Of a stretch of DNA of 64,000 bases, positions 1 to 10,342 are shown one piece after another. The stretch lies in sequence record MZ234040.1, one strand, 5' to 3'. This DNA comes from Escherichia phage vB_EcoM-G3G7. Below the pieces are notes generated by a model. It saw nothing but the letters and a program-made list of their open reading frames with translations, was not told the origin of the DNA and searched no databases. The position numbers and the translations under genes are program-made. Numbering within the stretch: the first letter of the stretch is position 1; each line of letters starts with the position of its first letter.

Positions 1-176
1 TTGAAGTTATGGTCTGCTCCAAGCGTGTGAATAATTTCTCGTGAGCGACCTGCAAATTGACTCATCCAGCAAGGAACACCCAATCTTAATTGACCAGCCG
101 CTTGACTCATCCAGCGCTGTCCTGTTTCATTTGCGGCTGAACTTCCAATCCAACCAGGAACACCAACTACTGCCAT
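1..176 (-). CDS. 38: tail-fiber adhesin gp38, N-terminal part (gene continues beyond window start)
   Basis: Minus-strand ATG at 176-174 preceded by GGAG; translation MAVVGVPGWIGSSAANETGQRWMSQAAGQLRLGVPCW... resembles the N-terminus of T2/T6-type gp38 adhesins; lies directly downstream of the gene 37 stop. Confidence 0.75.
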   Translation of the reverse strand, partial: MAVVGVPGWIGSSAANETGQRWMSQAAGQLRLGVPCWMSQFAGRSREIIHTLGADHNF

Positions 177-212
177 AATTTATACTCCAAAGGGGGCATT
201 TCCCCCTTGTTG

Positions 213-3200
213 TTAGAATTTAAAATATTTACTAATTTTGCGAGCAATTTTAGTAAAGAAAGGAGTTTTCAATTCTTTAATTTCTTCACTCATTTCCTGA
301 ATAGCCTTAATTAAAAGAGCATTCACAGCAGAGTTAGAAATTGTCAGAACATCAGATCCATCAACTTCAACTTTAGATACAGCTTCCGGTAATTCCTTTT
401 CAAGGTCCTGAGCAATAATACCAACTTCACGTTTAATAACACTACGGTCTTTAATAGACTTAACTTTATCGTAAATATAAACTTTCAGTCGACATACTTT
501 TTCAAGTGCTCCGTTTTCTAGCTCTTTTTTATTAATCTTAAGACGACCATCGGAACGAATATACACATCGTTAAAGTTACCATTACCAGGAGAATAGAAA
601 GTACCGTCGTAATGAAATTCAAATACCGCGTTAGGGTGTCCAGCCGCTGGTGATGCCTCCGCAGATCCAACACGAATAATTGCTTGCCCCCAATTGTTAG
701 GGACACGACGAATACCAAGATCGACGGCAGTTACAAACCCTTGATTGGTGATTACACTTCTTCCTTTGAGAATCGGATAATAACAATCCTGTGAAACATA
801 ACCATGATCGACGAATATTGGTGCTTCTACTCGCCATTGGTTGCCCCAATCACCCGGTTGTCTAGCAATCCATCCAGAACCGTTAATGTGTACACGATCG
901 CGGTTAACGTTAACCATTGCGATATTTTGTGGATTTAGCGAAATCTCACCATTGTTTGTGATATGTACTGCCGCCTGAGTAGCATAGCTATAAAATGCTA
1001 GCGAATTATCAGCACCACCCTTACCAATATACCAGTTACCACTCCCGTCTACGTCACCACGAATATGCAAAGCATTACCAGCAGTTGTTGATAATACAAT
1101 AGAATCACCCGGACGTTTAATAATCAATCTACCTTCGGATTCAATTTCACCAAAAAATTTAGTCTTAATTGCACCAGTCGCTAAAGTACGTTCAGTGGAA
1201 AAATGAACGCCTTTGCTGTCTTCTAACTGAATAATGTTATCGCGCGCATTATTACTATCACCCCAATGATTAAACCGGAAATAATCACGTGATTGCTTAC
1301 CACCCGCTTCAAACGTCAGCGTACCTTTACTTAAATTAACATCACCGCTAAAGGTAGCAGCAAGAGAATCACGTTCTAATTTTAAAACGTTAGCACCACT
1401 AGTACCACCTAAAGTAACATCACCAGTTCTCAATTCATAACGGAAAGGTCTATTTGTATTATAGTTTCCATTTTGATCATCTTCGTTGGTGGAAAGAATA
1501 TAAAGATTCTCTCCATAAGTACGGAAAATTGTACCAAAATTTCCGGCATACATACGGAATGCATTAGATGAGCGAAATTTAACTTCTGTTTTAAAAGTGG
1601 TAGTGTTATTAAGGTTAACAGTAGAGTTAAAATTGGTAGGAGCACCGAAGTTAACTGCGCCATTAAAATCTTGTTGAGCTGTCCATGTGTGGCGACCATC
1701 TTCAAGAACAACACGGCGGACTGTGCAAGTTCTATTTCCAGAATTACCGAACACACGAACGACAAAATAACGGTAGTTTGTCTGGGATACAGTACCGCGC
1801 CAAACCTGAACAGTACGCCCTGTGCTAGTGTGTTCGCTAGGACCAACGGAAAACATAACCAGGTTTCCGTCAATCGTCCCCCAATCCATATTTGCTGGCA
1901 TATTCTTTATTTTGTTCAAAGGAACACTAAACATACTACCAGGGACAAAATCAAAGGTTTGCCAATCTAGCTCCGCTAATTGAGTTTTAATACCACCCAT
2001 ACCCAAAGTAATTGGCAAAGAGTAAGATGTATATACTTCGTTCCATGTACCCCACGCGCCACCGGTATATGCACGCTCAAAAATACGATCGCGAGTAGTT
2101 GCACCCGTTCCGGCAGTAGTAAATTTTTGGAAAATAGCACCGCCAGAAGCACGCTGTTTAACTTCCAGCAAACCAACAATAACAGTCGGCAAACCTTCAC
2201 CGGTAGGACAGTTAATAACGGCATCAGTGCCTAAAATATTATATAACCCAGGAGTTTTAAAATCATTCAGATCTCCATCATAGAAAGTCGCTGGTGTGAC
2301 ATTACCGACTTGTTGCCACGGTCCCCATTTAGGCGCGGAAGCATCCCACGCGGCAGCAAGACAACGAGTATATACAACACCAAATCTGGTTGTATATCTT
2401 TGTGTACGAGAATAGTTTCCACCTTCATATACTTCCAAAAGACCTTGAGCTGACGACCCCTTTTCTGGGAAATTTCTGTCAAAGGTAGCAATGGAATTTG
2501 AACTATTTCGCCACAAACCAAAGTGTTCAGCGCCTCCTAGATCATTAAGATCAATTGTTGTTGACAGTGGACGAGTACCGGATTGAATATTCTGGGAAAT
2601 TTCTGTCAAAGGTAGCAATGGAATTTGAACTATTTCGCCACAAACCAAAGTGTTCAGCGCCTCCTAGATCATTAAGATCAATTGTTGTTGACAGTGGACG
2701 AGTACCGGATTGAATATTTCGCCACACACTCCACGGACCATTTACTCCGTTCCATGTAGCAGTCAAGGAACGAATATAAACATTTCCGTATCTAGTTGTA
2801 TATCTCTGAGTACCAGCAAATTGACCGGCCACAAATACTTCTAGCACACCTACAGCATTTTCTTCTGGAAATTTATTTGCTGGTTGAGCGTTGGTTGAAG
2901 TTGCTTTCGACCAAACTCCAAGATATTCTTCAACAGGCCCATACGTATCTAAATTAGCATCAGTAGGTAATTCGCCATTATTTTTTATAAATGTTGTGCT
3001 ATTGACATTTATGTCAGATGGAGTTAGCGTGATATCTTTTGACCCATCAAAGGATATACCATTAATTTTTCGTGCTGTTTTTAATTTCGTTGCAGTTGCA
3101 GCGTTACCTGTTAAATTTCCAATTATATTTCCATTAACAGTTAAAGAACCATCAATTGTTCCTCCATATTTTAAACCTAATTCTATAACACTACCTGAGT

Positions 3201-3327
3201 CATCTTTTGTGAAAATTGTTTTATCTTTTAAGTTTATAGCCAATTCACCTTCGGCTAATACTGAAGCTGCAGGACGTTGACCTGCAATTTTGCTTCTTTT
3301 AAATTGTATTTGTTTTAAAGTAGCCAT
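213..3327 (-). CDS. 37: long tail fiber distal subunit gp37; reading frame interrupted by a 127-bp tandem duplication (ORF pieces 2551..3327 and 213..2648)
   Basis: Two adjacent minus-strand ORFs (258 aa and 811 aa) in different frames, both containing [43 protein letters not shown]; removing one 127-bp copy gives one 995-codon ORF; position between gene 36 and gene 38. Confidence 0.85.
2465..2718. repeat. perfect direct tandem duplication, 2 x 127 bp (2465-2591, 2592-2718)
   Basis: Base-by-base comparison of the two copies shows identity over 127 bp, with 2 bp of junction microhomology. Confidence 0.95.
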
Positions 3328-3335
3328 AAGTCCTC

Positions 3336-3986
3336 TTAATAATAGCCGAAATCTTGAACAGAATCTTTAATTACGATTTGGTCAAATCGTGGAACGTGTG
3401 AAGGTTGAGATGCAGGATTCTGTGAAAAAAGGTTTGGCGCAGTTAAATTTCCTGTCATAGTGTCTCCAGAGCGTAATACCCTAGAGTTTGCATTTGCTGT
3501 AACAGTATTTATTGCTCCATCAACATAATCTTTGCGAGTAACATCAGATGCTGCGGAAGGAGTAGATGTAACAGTTACCGATGGAGCCGTTACAGCCCTG
3601 GTAAATGTTGTCAAACCTTCTGGCGTAATAGTAATTTGTCCAGTAGTGATTTCACTACCTGCTGGTCTAAAACTAATACCGCCAGAAGAGCCACCAACTA
3701 CAAGAGTATTACCAGTGCCGCCACCAGAACGAATTCGGATAGGGGTTTCATTATTACTTAATTGAAGATAACTATTTACCCCGTAATTAATAGTAATTGG
3801 ACCGGCGTAAGTACCACCATTAGCTTTAGAAACGAAATCGTTATCAGCTGCCTGCGGTTTATTATATTCTGAATATATTTTAAATGATTTGTAGAGTACA
3901 TCGTCACCGGCTGAATTCAATGGAAAATTTCCTTGATGCCAAATGACAGATCCACCCACAGTTGAACCTACTTTTAAATCAGCCAT
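3336..3986 (-). CDS. 36: long tail fiber distal connector gp36
   Basis: 216-aa ORF in conserved position between genes 35 and 37; T4 gp36-like size. Confidence 0.85.
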   Translation of the reverse strand: MADLKVGSTVGGSVIWHQGNFPLNSAGDDVLYKSFKIYSEYNKPQAADNDFVSKANGGTYAGPITINYGVNSYLQLSNNETPIRIRSGGGTGNTLVVGGSSGGISFRPAGSEITTGQITITPEGLTTFTRAVTAPSVTVTSTPSAASDVTRKDYVDGAINTVTANANSRVLRSGDTMTGNLTAPNLFSQNPASQPSHVPRFDQIVIKDSVQDFGYY

Positions 3987-4009
3987 TATATGCCCCTTTA
4001 TTTTAATAT

Positions 4010-4017
4010 TATTTATA
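4010..4017 (-). promoter_or_regulatory. T4-type late promoter (TATAAATA) for gene 36
   Basis: TATAAATA on minus strand about 24 nt upstream of the gene 36 ATG. Confidence 0.6.
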
Positions 4018-4024
4018 AAGAAAA

Positions 4025-4044
4025 AGGGAACCCGAAGGCTCCCT
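4025..4044 (-). terminator. hairpin with UUCG loop followed by U-run between genes 35 and 36
   Basis: Minus-strand AGGGAGCC-UUCG-GGUUCCCU (one mismatch) followed by TTTTTCTTT. Confidence 0.45.
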
Positions 4045-4048
4045 CAGT

Positions 4049-5164
4049 TTAAACTTCTCTAAATTCCTGTCCAAACACTTTGCCAGTTTTAGAAGAGGCT
4101 TGTGTAGGAAGTACCATTATATCTGGAGGTGAAGCCGATTCACAGACATAATTAACGCGAATACCGTTGACGCCAAATTCGGCAGGTTTTGAAATGCCGC
4201 CATTTCTTGATACTTCAGAAAAACTTAAATTTCTCATGCCGCCTTGACCTGCTTGAGCAGTTCTTTGTGCATATATCGTAAATCCTACGGCGTTTTCTGG
4301 AACAACTACATAGTCTTCTTTTAATTCCCAAGACCCAGCTTGCCCAGTAAACTCAGCTTGGGTCGAGGAAATATATCCATTTGATGCATCATAAAAACGA
4401 ATGGATATGTTTGTAGTTCCAAGATCAAGTAAATCAGCATCAGCATATAACTGTGCTTTAAGATAAAGAACATCACCAGGAATTAAATTATAGTCAGAAA
4501 GTTTACTTATAGCAGCTGAAGTTGGCAATCGCGCAATTTCGTTATTAGTTCCACCAACTGCTGACATGAATTGCTCGACACTTTCATAAGTTCTTTTTGG
4601 AAATCCTGTCGCTCCGACGTCTTCTAAACTATCAAATACAACATCTAAAATAGTTTGATAATCATCTGTGCTTTTTCTATTACTTAGTTTAACATGCTCT
4701 AATGCAATAGCTCTTTTAGAAGAAGTATAAAAAGCAGCATATGATACGTCAAATCTTGACAATACTGAATCTGATGGAAAAACTGAAGTTCCTGCTCCCC
4801 TTAACCAAGATACCACTTCAGGAGGAAAATTAACCTTTCCGCTAGTTAATATAGCAACAAGTCTATTGTTTGACAAAGAATTCATGAAACTAACAAAAGC
4901 AGCTGATGTAGTATTATTTGAAGTAGAAAAAGCATATGACTTACTATCAACTAATGCTCCTGTAGAAGGGTCAAAAACTCTTAAATGAAGACCTGCACTA
5001 AATGTTTGATTTCCAACGGGATTATCCTGAAATTTAACATATGGCCCCGCAGTAGAAAGCGGGCAAGAACCCGCTATGCTTATTTTATATCTTACTGAAT
5101 TGCTTTCCGATAAAAATGGCGTTTGGACATATCCTTGTCCAAACTCTGCCATAAATTTTTCCAT
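4049..5164 (-). CDS. 35: long tail fiber hinge connector gp35
   Basis: 371-aa ORF, conserved position between genes 34 and 36; T4 gp35 is about 372 aa. Confidence 0.85.
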   Translation of the reverse strand: MEKFMAEFGQGYVQTPFLSESNSVRYKISIAGSCPLSTAGPYVKFQDNPVGNQTFSAGLHLRVFDPSTGALVDSKSYAFSTSNNTTSAAFVSFMNSLSNNRLVAILTSGKVNFPPEVVSWLRGAGTSVFPSDSVLSRFDVSYAAFYTSSKRAIALEHVKLSNRKSTDDYQTILDVVFDSLEDVGATGFPKRTYESVEQFMSAVGGTNNEIARLPTSAAISKLSDYNLIPGDVLYLKAQLYADADLLDLGTTNISIRFYDASNGYISSTQAEFTGQAGSWELKEDYVVVPENAVGFTIYAQRTAQAGQGGMRNLSFSEVSRNGGISKPAEFGVNGIRVNYVCESASPPDIMVLPTQASSKTGKVFGQEFREV

Positions 5165-5172
5165 AATACCTC

Positions 5173-8100
5173 TTATTCAATCCACTCAAATTTAACAGTT
5201 TTATTCACTGGGTCAGGAATAATGCGAACATTACCAATTCGCAAGAAATCGCGAATAGTAAGATTACCTATTATTCCATTATCAGATGGGATCGCTCCTA
5301 TATCTGAAGGTTGAGGAGGGTTACCTCCGTCAAATACCTGAACAAAACTTGACCAAGAGTTTTTGGTTTTCTGCCATGTACGTGTCCAGCGAGTGGTACG
5401 TGCTTCTGGGGTCGTTGGATAAGTAATCCAATCTTGGTAAAGTGAATCAAGTGTGTTACCAAACTGAGTCAATGTACCAGGAGATTTAACTTCTTCACCA
5501 CGTTCTAAGTATGGAAGTCCAGTCACTTCATTAGTTTTTTCAACCATTTTAAAATAACCCGGGAACTGGTTATAAGTGGCTGAATCATTAATATCGATTG
5601 ACCAGAATCCTACTGTATCAGATGTTGGCGCACGGGTATATAAATCAGAGGTTTTAGTACCCTGAGAACGAATTCTCGAGTTAACAGTCAAACCACCCGA
5701 ACTTATAGTAGCACCTTTTGCAATGATTAAGCTTTCACCAATCGTTACTTGGCCAGATGCATTATTAATAGCTAAAGGACGCAATCCATTAAATCCGCCA
5801 GTTTGATCACCCGATGCAGTAAGCATAAAATTCGTTACTGACCCATCATTGCGAACAATGAAACCATAATTTCCGTTAATAGCACGGAAAGCATTTGCGC
5901 TTCGAGAAATAATTTCACCAGTTGCAGTGACTGAATTACCAAATGTTGCTACACCATTTGCATTCAATGTTCCTGAAGCATTAACATTTATCGGTGTTAC
6001 TGTACCGTTGATATTAAATGTTATATTTCCAGCTTTATTACGCTGAGAATAAAAATGACTAGACGTTTCATCACTAACTTCAAATACGGTAGAACGTGTT
6101 GTGTCTGATTCCCCACTAAATTGATTTCCCCACACTCTGACTGTCATCGTTTGAGCCGGGTTTGTTCCAGTTTGAGGTCCTTTCTCAAAAATCAGACGAG
6201 TTGCCGTTCCAGTATTAGAAATAGTTAATGTACTATTTGCTGAAACTGATCCACCGAATGTAGCAGTACTAGATGATACAAGAGGGGCACTCAGATTCGT
6301 TTGTTGGGTTAAGGTTAGTGAACCATTAACTGTTTGTGCAATGTCCCTACGAATGAACTGGAGCGAATCTAGACCATCTAATAAATTACTATCTACAGCT
6401 TTTGCTTTTAATGGCAAATAATTTGCTAATACGCGATTTAATTCATATGGTGATACTGCATAACCATTTTTCTCATATGATTCTAATGGCTGTGTTGAAC
6501 CTACCGTATCATTACCAACAAACGTTAATGAACCAGAAGAAGTTTTAACAAACCCTCTTATCAGAGTAGTTGCTGCCCAAGTTGGTTCACTCTGCACAAT
6601 CCATTTTAAATTTTTTGGAGATACAGCAGTATTTGCTGACGTTCCAGTCACAGTTTCAGACTGAGTTGCAACTTTAATAACACCTTCTTGCGATTCGGTA
6701 GATTTAGTACCTAAAAGCTTTTTAGGAGTTATTAAAACATTATCTAATGTTCCTGCAGCAGCTTCAACTTGTGTAGCTACACGAAGTGTACCACGCTGTG
6801 TCTCATTTGCTTCAAGAATATTAAGGGTATAATGGTCCCAGAGAGTTCCTGATTCAACTAATCCAGATAGAGCAACAACAGAAGTACGATCAGTACTATT
6901 AAATCTGGTTTTAATTTTTAATGGTGTAGAGATACGAGTATCGTCGACGCCTGCGTCGAATTCAACTTGCGTAGCAATTTCAGCTATACCACTTAAACTT
7001 TCAGTTGCTCTACGGTCATTTAAAGTTTTAGGAGTGACTGCACGAGTATAGTCAGTTCCTGTATTAACTTCACTTTGCGTAGCAATTTCAATTAAACCAA
7101 TTCTTCCATCAGTTGATGTCTTTTTATGTAACGTTTCTGGCGTTACAACCGCATTTGCCCATCCTTCTTGGCTTTGTCCAGCAATTACTTCACTTTCAAC
7201 TGCTAAAATTACTGCGCCTTGTTGCGTTGGAGTAGCTTTATACTGATCCAAAGCTTTAGGTGAAACAACTAAATTATTAGTGTTTTTATTATAAACATTC
7301 GTACCATTTAATTCACGACTAGAAGCTGGAGTAGCTCCTGCGGTAGATACAAAAGTTACAATACCCGATAATGTTTCAGAACCTTGACGAGCTTGAAGCT
7401 TTTTAGGAGTGATGATTGTAGTATCATCAGTACCTGTATTAGTTTCCTGCTGCGTAGCAATTTCAGCGACACCTCTGCGAGTTTCTGTAGCAGTTCTTTC
7501 ATTCAGCTTTTTAGGAGTGATGATAAGGTCATCTGCAAAAGAGAATGTGGTGTTCTGATTCACTTGAGCAGTAGTTGCTATTCTTGCAATACCTCTGCGA
7601 GTTTCTGTAGCAGTACGATTAGCTAACGTTTCTGGAGTAATTGCCAATTCTTTTTGCGGAGAATTTTCTAAATCAGCATTTGCTTGAGCTTGTGTAGCTA
7701 AAGCAATTACGCCTAATCTTGCTCTAGTAGAATTATTTAAAGAATCGACTCTTTCAACTGTTGGAACGTTTTGCTGTACAACCCAGTATTTTCCATCAGA
7801 ATCTTCTATATAAGCAAGTTGCAAAACTGGTACATAATTAGTTTCACCGTTAAAAACTAATTCTTGAACTGTTACCCATTCAGCTTCAGGCGGATATTCT
7901 GAACGTTTTGGGAATTGCAGCAATTGAACTGAAGAAGCAATTTTATCTTCACCAGCAGCTTTGATTTTAACTGTTTGTCCTTTTCTCATGTAATTCATGG
8001 AAATTTTAACAGTATCACCAACAGAAATATCAGTCGGAAGCTGAAGTTCAATTGTTTGGGTTGTTCCATTATTCGCGCCAAATACCATGACTTCTTCATT

Positions 8101-9042
8101 TGGACGAATATTTGAATTAGTTGTTATAATGCGTAAACGTGCTTTACTATCCCCGTCAAACAATCTCCACAATTTCTCATTATCGTCAAACATCAAGAAA
8201 CCGTCAATCGATGTACGGCCTTCAATGGAATGAGTTCCAACTTCTTGTACTGAAGTCGTTTCATCGTATGTAGTAACAATTGTATGATAAAGTGGATTCA
8301 GTTTATCTAAATCAACGAAATTAATAATATCGCCATGATTAGCAAATCTCGGAAGTTTAACATTAATTGGTGCAGCAGAAGTAAATCTACGTACGATAAA
8401 ATCATTAGATTGTGCTTGATATGCAGTCGATGGAGTAACAATCGCAGCTTCTCTGCTATAATCAGCAATATACATTTGCCACAAACGATTATTAAAAATG
8501 AATACCATCTGTGACTTTGGATGAGTCATTAAAACTGAACGTACCTGTTCACCTCTAAAATTGACAATACTCTGATTTGAAGAATTTATTTTAACCTGAT
8601 TTATGCCAGGTTTTCCACCGATATCTTGAATTATTACGGTTTCTCCATCAAGCGGAGAAGGTGGTAAAGTAAACTCAATGTCATTGCCAACTGATGTATC
8701 TACTGAAATTGCTTCTCCGGATTTTAATTGATATGGTCCAGATGATACGGTTGTATATACGGCATCAGTACGTAATGCTTTCCAACGAATTCTATTAAAA
8801 TTTCCAGCAGGTTTTGGAATATTATCCGTTGCTGCCCAAAAACGATTATTATAAATGATTACAAAATCTTTTAAATATCCACGAGTTGGGTCATATTGCT
8901 GAACTGTGTTTTCTTGAATTAAGTAATCAACGTTAACACCGTCAGTTCCTACGGTACGGTCAGCTAAAGCTACGTTGATTATTTTATCGCCACCTGCGTC
9001 CAGACCATCTTCTGCTCTGAACTTTCTTTTAATCTCGGCCAT
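5173..9042 (-). CDS. 34: long tail fiber proximal subunit gp34
   Basis: 1289-aa ORF (T4 gp34 length) with repeated ...TATETRRG(I/V)A.IAT... motifs; adjacent and divergent to rnh as in T4. Confidence 0.92.
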   Translation of the reverse strand: MAEIKRKFRAEDGLDAGGDKIINVALADRTVGTDGVNVDYLIQENTVQQYDPTRGYLKDFVIIYNNRFWAATDNIPKPAGNFNRIRWKALRTDAVYTTVSSGPYQLKSGEAISVDTSVGNDIEFTLPPSPLDGETVIIQDIGGKPGINQVKINSSNQSIVNFRGEQVRSVLMTHPKSQMVFIFNNRLWQMYIADYSREAAIVTPSTAYQAQSNDFIVRRFTSAAPINVKLPRFANHGDIINFVDLDKLNPLYHTIVTTYDETTSVQEVGTHSIEGRTSIDGFLMFDDNEKLWRLFDGDSKARLRIITTNSNIRPNEEVMVFGANNGTTQTIELQLPTDISVGDTVKISMNYMRKGQTVKIKAAGEDKIASSVQLLQFPKRSEYPPEAEWVTVQELVFNGETNYVPVLQLAYIEDSDGKYWVVQQNVPTVERVDSLNNSTRARLGVIALATQAQANADLENSPQKELAITPETLANRTATETRRGIARIATTAQVNQNTTFSFADDLIITPKKLNERTATETRRGVAEIATQQETNTGTDDTTIITPKKLQARQGSETLSGIVTFVSTAGATPASSRELNGTNVYNKNTNNLVVSPKALDQYKATPTQQGAVILAVESEVIAGQSQEGWANAVVTPETLHKKTSTDGRIGLIEIATQSEVNTGTDYTRAVTPKTLNDRRATESLSGIAEIATQVEFDAGVDDTRISTPLKIKTRFNSTDRTSVVALSGLVESGTLWDHYTLNILEANETQRGTLRVATQVEAAAGTLDNVLITPKKLLGTKSTESQEGVIKVATQSETVTGTSANTAVSPKNLKWIVQSEPTWAATTLIRGFVKTSSGSLTFVGNDTVGSTQPLESYEKNGYAVSPYELNRVLANYLPLKAKAVDSNLLDGLDSLQFIRRDIAQTVNGSLTLTQQTNLSAPLVSSSTATFGGSVSANSTLTISNTGTATRLIFEKGPQTGTNPAQTMTVRVWGNQFSGESDTTRSTVFEVSDETSSHFYSQRNKAGNITFNINGTVTPINVNASGTLNANGVATFGNSVTATGEIISRSANAFRAINGNYGFIVRNDGSVTNFMLTASGDQTGGFNGLRPLAINNASGQVTIGESLIIAKGATISSGGLTVNSRIRSQGTKTSDLYTRAPTSDTVGFWSIDINDSATYNQFPGYFKMVEKTNEVTGLPYLERGEEVKSPGTLTQFGNTLDSLYQDWITYPTTPEARTTRWTRTWQKTKNSWSSFVQVFDGGNPPQPSDIGAIPSDNGIIGNLTIRDFLRIGNVRIIPDPVNKTVKFEWIE

Positions 9043-9076
9043 TCTCCCGGGCTCCTATTGTGTTTTCAATAATAAG

Positions 9077-9084
9077 TATTTATA
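9077..9084 (-). promoter_or_regulatory. T4-type late promoter (TATAAATA) for gene 34
   Basis: TATAAATA on minus strand about 35 nt upstream of the gene 34 ATG. Confidence 0.6.
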
Positions 9085-9087
9085 CCT

Positions 9088-9117
9088 GTTTACTTTAAGA
9101 TTTAGATAGTATATAAT
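9088..9117 (+). promoter_or_regulatory. T4-type early promoter (GTTTAC -35, 18-nt spacer, TATAAT -10) upstream of rnh
   Basis: GTTTAC at 9088-9093 and TATAAT at 9112-9117. Confidence 0.6.
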
Positions 9118-9146
9118 AGAAATCTCACTAATTGAACGAGGTTCAT

Positions 9147-10064
9147 ATGGATTTAGAAATGATGCTGGATGAAGATTACAAAGAAGGAATTTGCTTTATT
9201 GACTTTAGTCAAATTGCTCTTTCAACTGCTCTGGTAAACTTCCCAGATAAAGAAAAAATTAATTTATCAATGGTTCGTCATTTGATATTGAACTCAATTA
9301 AGTTTAATGTCAAAAAAGCAAAAACGCTTGGATACACTAAAATTGTGCTGTGTATTGATAACGCGAAATCTGGATACTGGCGTCGTGATTTTGCTTATTA
9401 TTATAAGAAAAACCGTGGAAAAGCACGAGAAGAATCTACTTGGGACTGGGAAGGTTATTTTGAATCCAGCCATAAAGTTATAGATGAATTGAAAGCTTAT
9501 ATGCCATACATTGTTATGGATATTGATAAGTATGAAGCAGATGACCATATTGCTGTTCTTGTTAAAAAGTTCTCTTTAGAAGGACACAAGATTTTAATCA
9601 TTTCGTCGGATGGTGACTTTACACAGCTTCACAAATATCCAAATGTTAAGCAATGGTCACCGATGCATAAGAAATGGGTTAAAATTAAAAGCGGTTCTGC
9701 TGAAATTGATTGTATGACTAAAATTCTTAAGGGTGACAAAAAGGATAACGTTGCTTCAGTTAAAGTACGTTCTGACTTTTGGTTTACCAGAGTTGAAGGT
9801 GAACGAACTCCTTCAATGAAAACTTCAATCGTTGAAGCTATTGCTAATGACCGTGAGCAAGCTAAGGTGCTTCTCTCAGAATCTGAGTATAATCGTTATA
9901 AAGAAAATTTAGTTCTAATTGATTTTGATTATATTCCTGATAATATTGCTTCAAACATTGTGAATTACTATAATTCATATAAATTACCACCGCGTGGCAA
10001 AATTTATTCATATTTTGTAAAAGCGGGTCTTTCTAAATTAACTAATAGCATTAATGAATTTTGA
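9147..10064 (+). CDS. rnh: RNase H (5'-3' exonuclease / flap endonuclease)
   Basis: Translation MDLEMMLDEDYKEGICFIDFSQIALSTALVNF... matches T4 RNase H (305 aa); GAGG 5 nt upstream of ATG 9147; the ORF-track start at 9132 is a TTG. Confidence 0.93.
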   Translation: MDLEMMLDEDYKEGICFIDFSQIALSTALVNFPDKEKINLSMVRHLILNSIKFNVKKAKTLGYTKIVLCIDNAKSGYWRRDFAYYYKKNRGKAREESTWDWEGYFESSHKVIDELKAYMPYIVMDIDKYEADDHIAVLVKKFSLEGHKILIISSDGDFTQLHKYPNVKQWSPMHKKWVKIKSGSAEIDCMTKILKGDKKDNVASVKVRSDFWFTRVEGERTPSMKTSIVEAIANDREQAKVLLSESEYNRYKENLVLIDFDYIPDNIASNIVNYYNSYKLPPRGKIYSYFVKAGLSKLTNSINEF

Positions 10065-10072
10065 GGTGAATA

Positions 10073-10342
10073 ATGGCTAAAAAAGAAATGGTTGAATTTG
10101 ATGAAGCTATCCATGGCGAAGACTTGGCTAAATTTATTAAAGAAGCATCTGATCATAAACTGAAAATTTCCGGTTATAATGAACTGATTAAAGATATTCG
10201 AATTCGTGCCAAAGATGAACTTGGCGTTGATGGTAAGATGTTTAATCGTCTATTAGCTTTGTATCATAAAGATAACCGTGATGTGTTTGAAGCTGAAACT
10301 GAAGAGGTAGTTGAACTTTATGACACAGTTTTCTCTAAATGA
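10073..10342 (+). CDS. dsbA: double-stranded DNA binding protein DsbA
   Basis: 89-aa ORF MAKKEMVEFDEAIHGEDLAKFIKE... matches T4 DsbA. Confidence 0.9.
   Translation: MAKKEMVEFDEAIHGEDLAKFIKEASDHKLKISGYNELIKDIRIRAKDELGVDGKMFNRLLALYHKDNRDVFEAETEEVVELYDTVFSK

Noticed and set aside
1430-2234. Several 60-150-aa ORFs on either strand inside gene 37 (for example 1430..1873 minus, 1671..1970 plus, 1976..2224 minus, 1980..2234 plus)
   Set aside because: They lie wholly within the conserved tail-fibre coding sequence, lack ribosome-binding sites and have low-complexity hydrophobic composition typical of spurious frames.
2267-2521. 84-aa minus-strand [27 protein letters not shown]... overlapping gene 37
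   Set aside because: It is an alternative-frame reading created by the 127-bp duplication (it shares the [19 protein letters not shown] segment with the start of the 811-aa ORF); not an independent gene.
3532-3765. 77-aa plus-strand ORF opposite gene 36 and 129-aa ORF 2891..3280 opposite gene 37
   Set aside because: Antisense to tail-fibre genes, with no promoter or RBS; composition-driven open frames.
7384-7626. 80-aa plus-strand ORF inside gene 34 and similar antisense ORFs inside gp29, gp23, gp22, gp20 and gp18
   Set aside because: Antisense or alternative-frame ORFs within well-conserved structural genes; serine/cysteine-rich low-complexity translations; no start context.
5173-9042. Internal repeats in gp34 (TATETRRGIARIATTAQ-like motifs) and diverged repeats in gp37 ([17 protein letters not shown] / [17 protein letters not shown])
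   Set aside because: These are diverged, in-frame structural repeats normal for phage fibre proteins, distinct from the exact 127-bp duplication reported as a finding.
9132-9146. N-terminal extensions proposed by the ORF track for rnh (9132), gene 33 (10311), denA (21060), rnlA (21511), gene 20 (59490) and 30550-region ORFs
   Set aside because: These use TTG/GTG or ATG codons without Shine-Dalgarno support, while a downstream ATG with good SD spacing gives the length known for the T4 protein.
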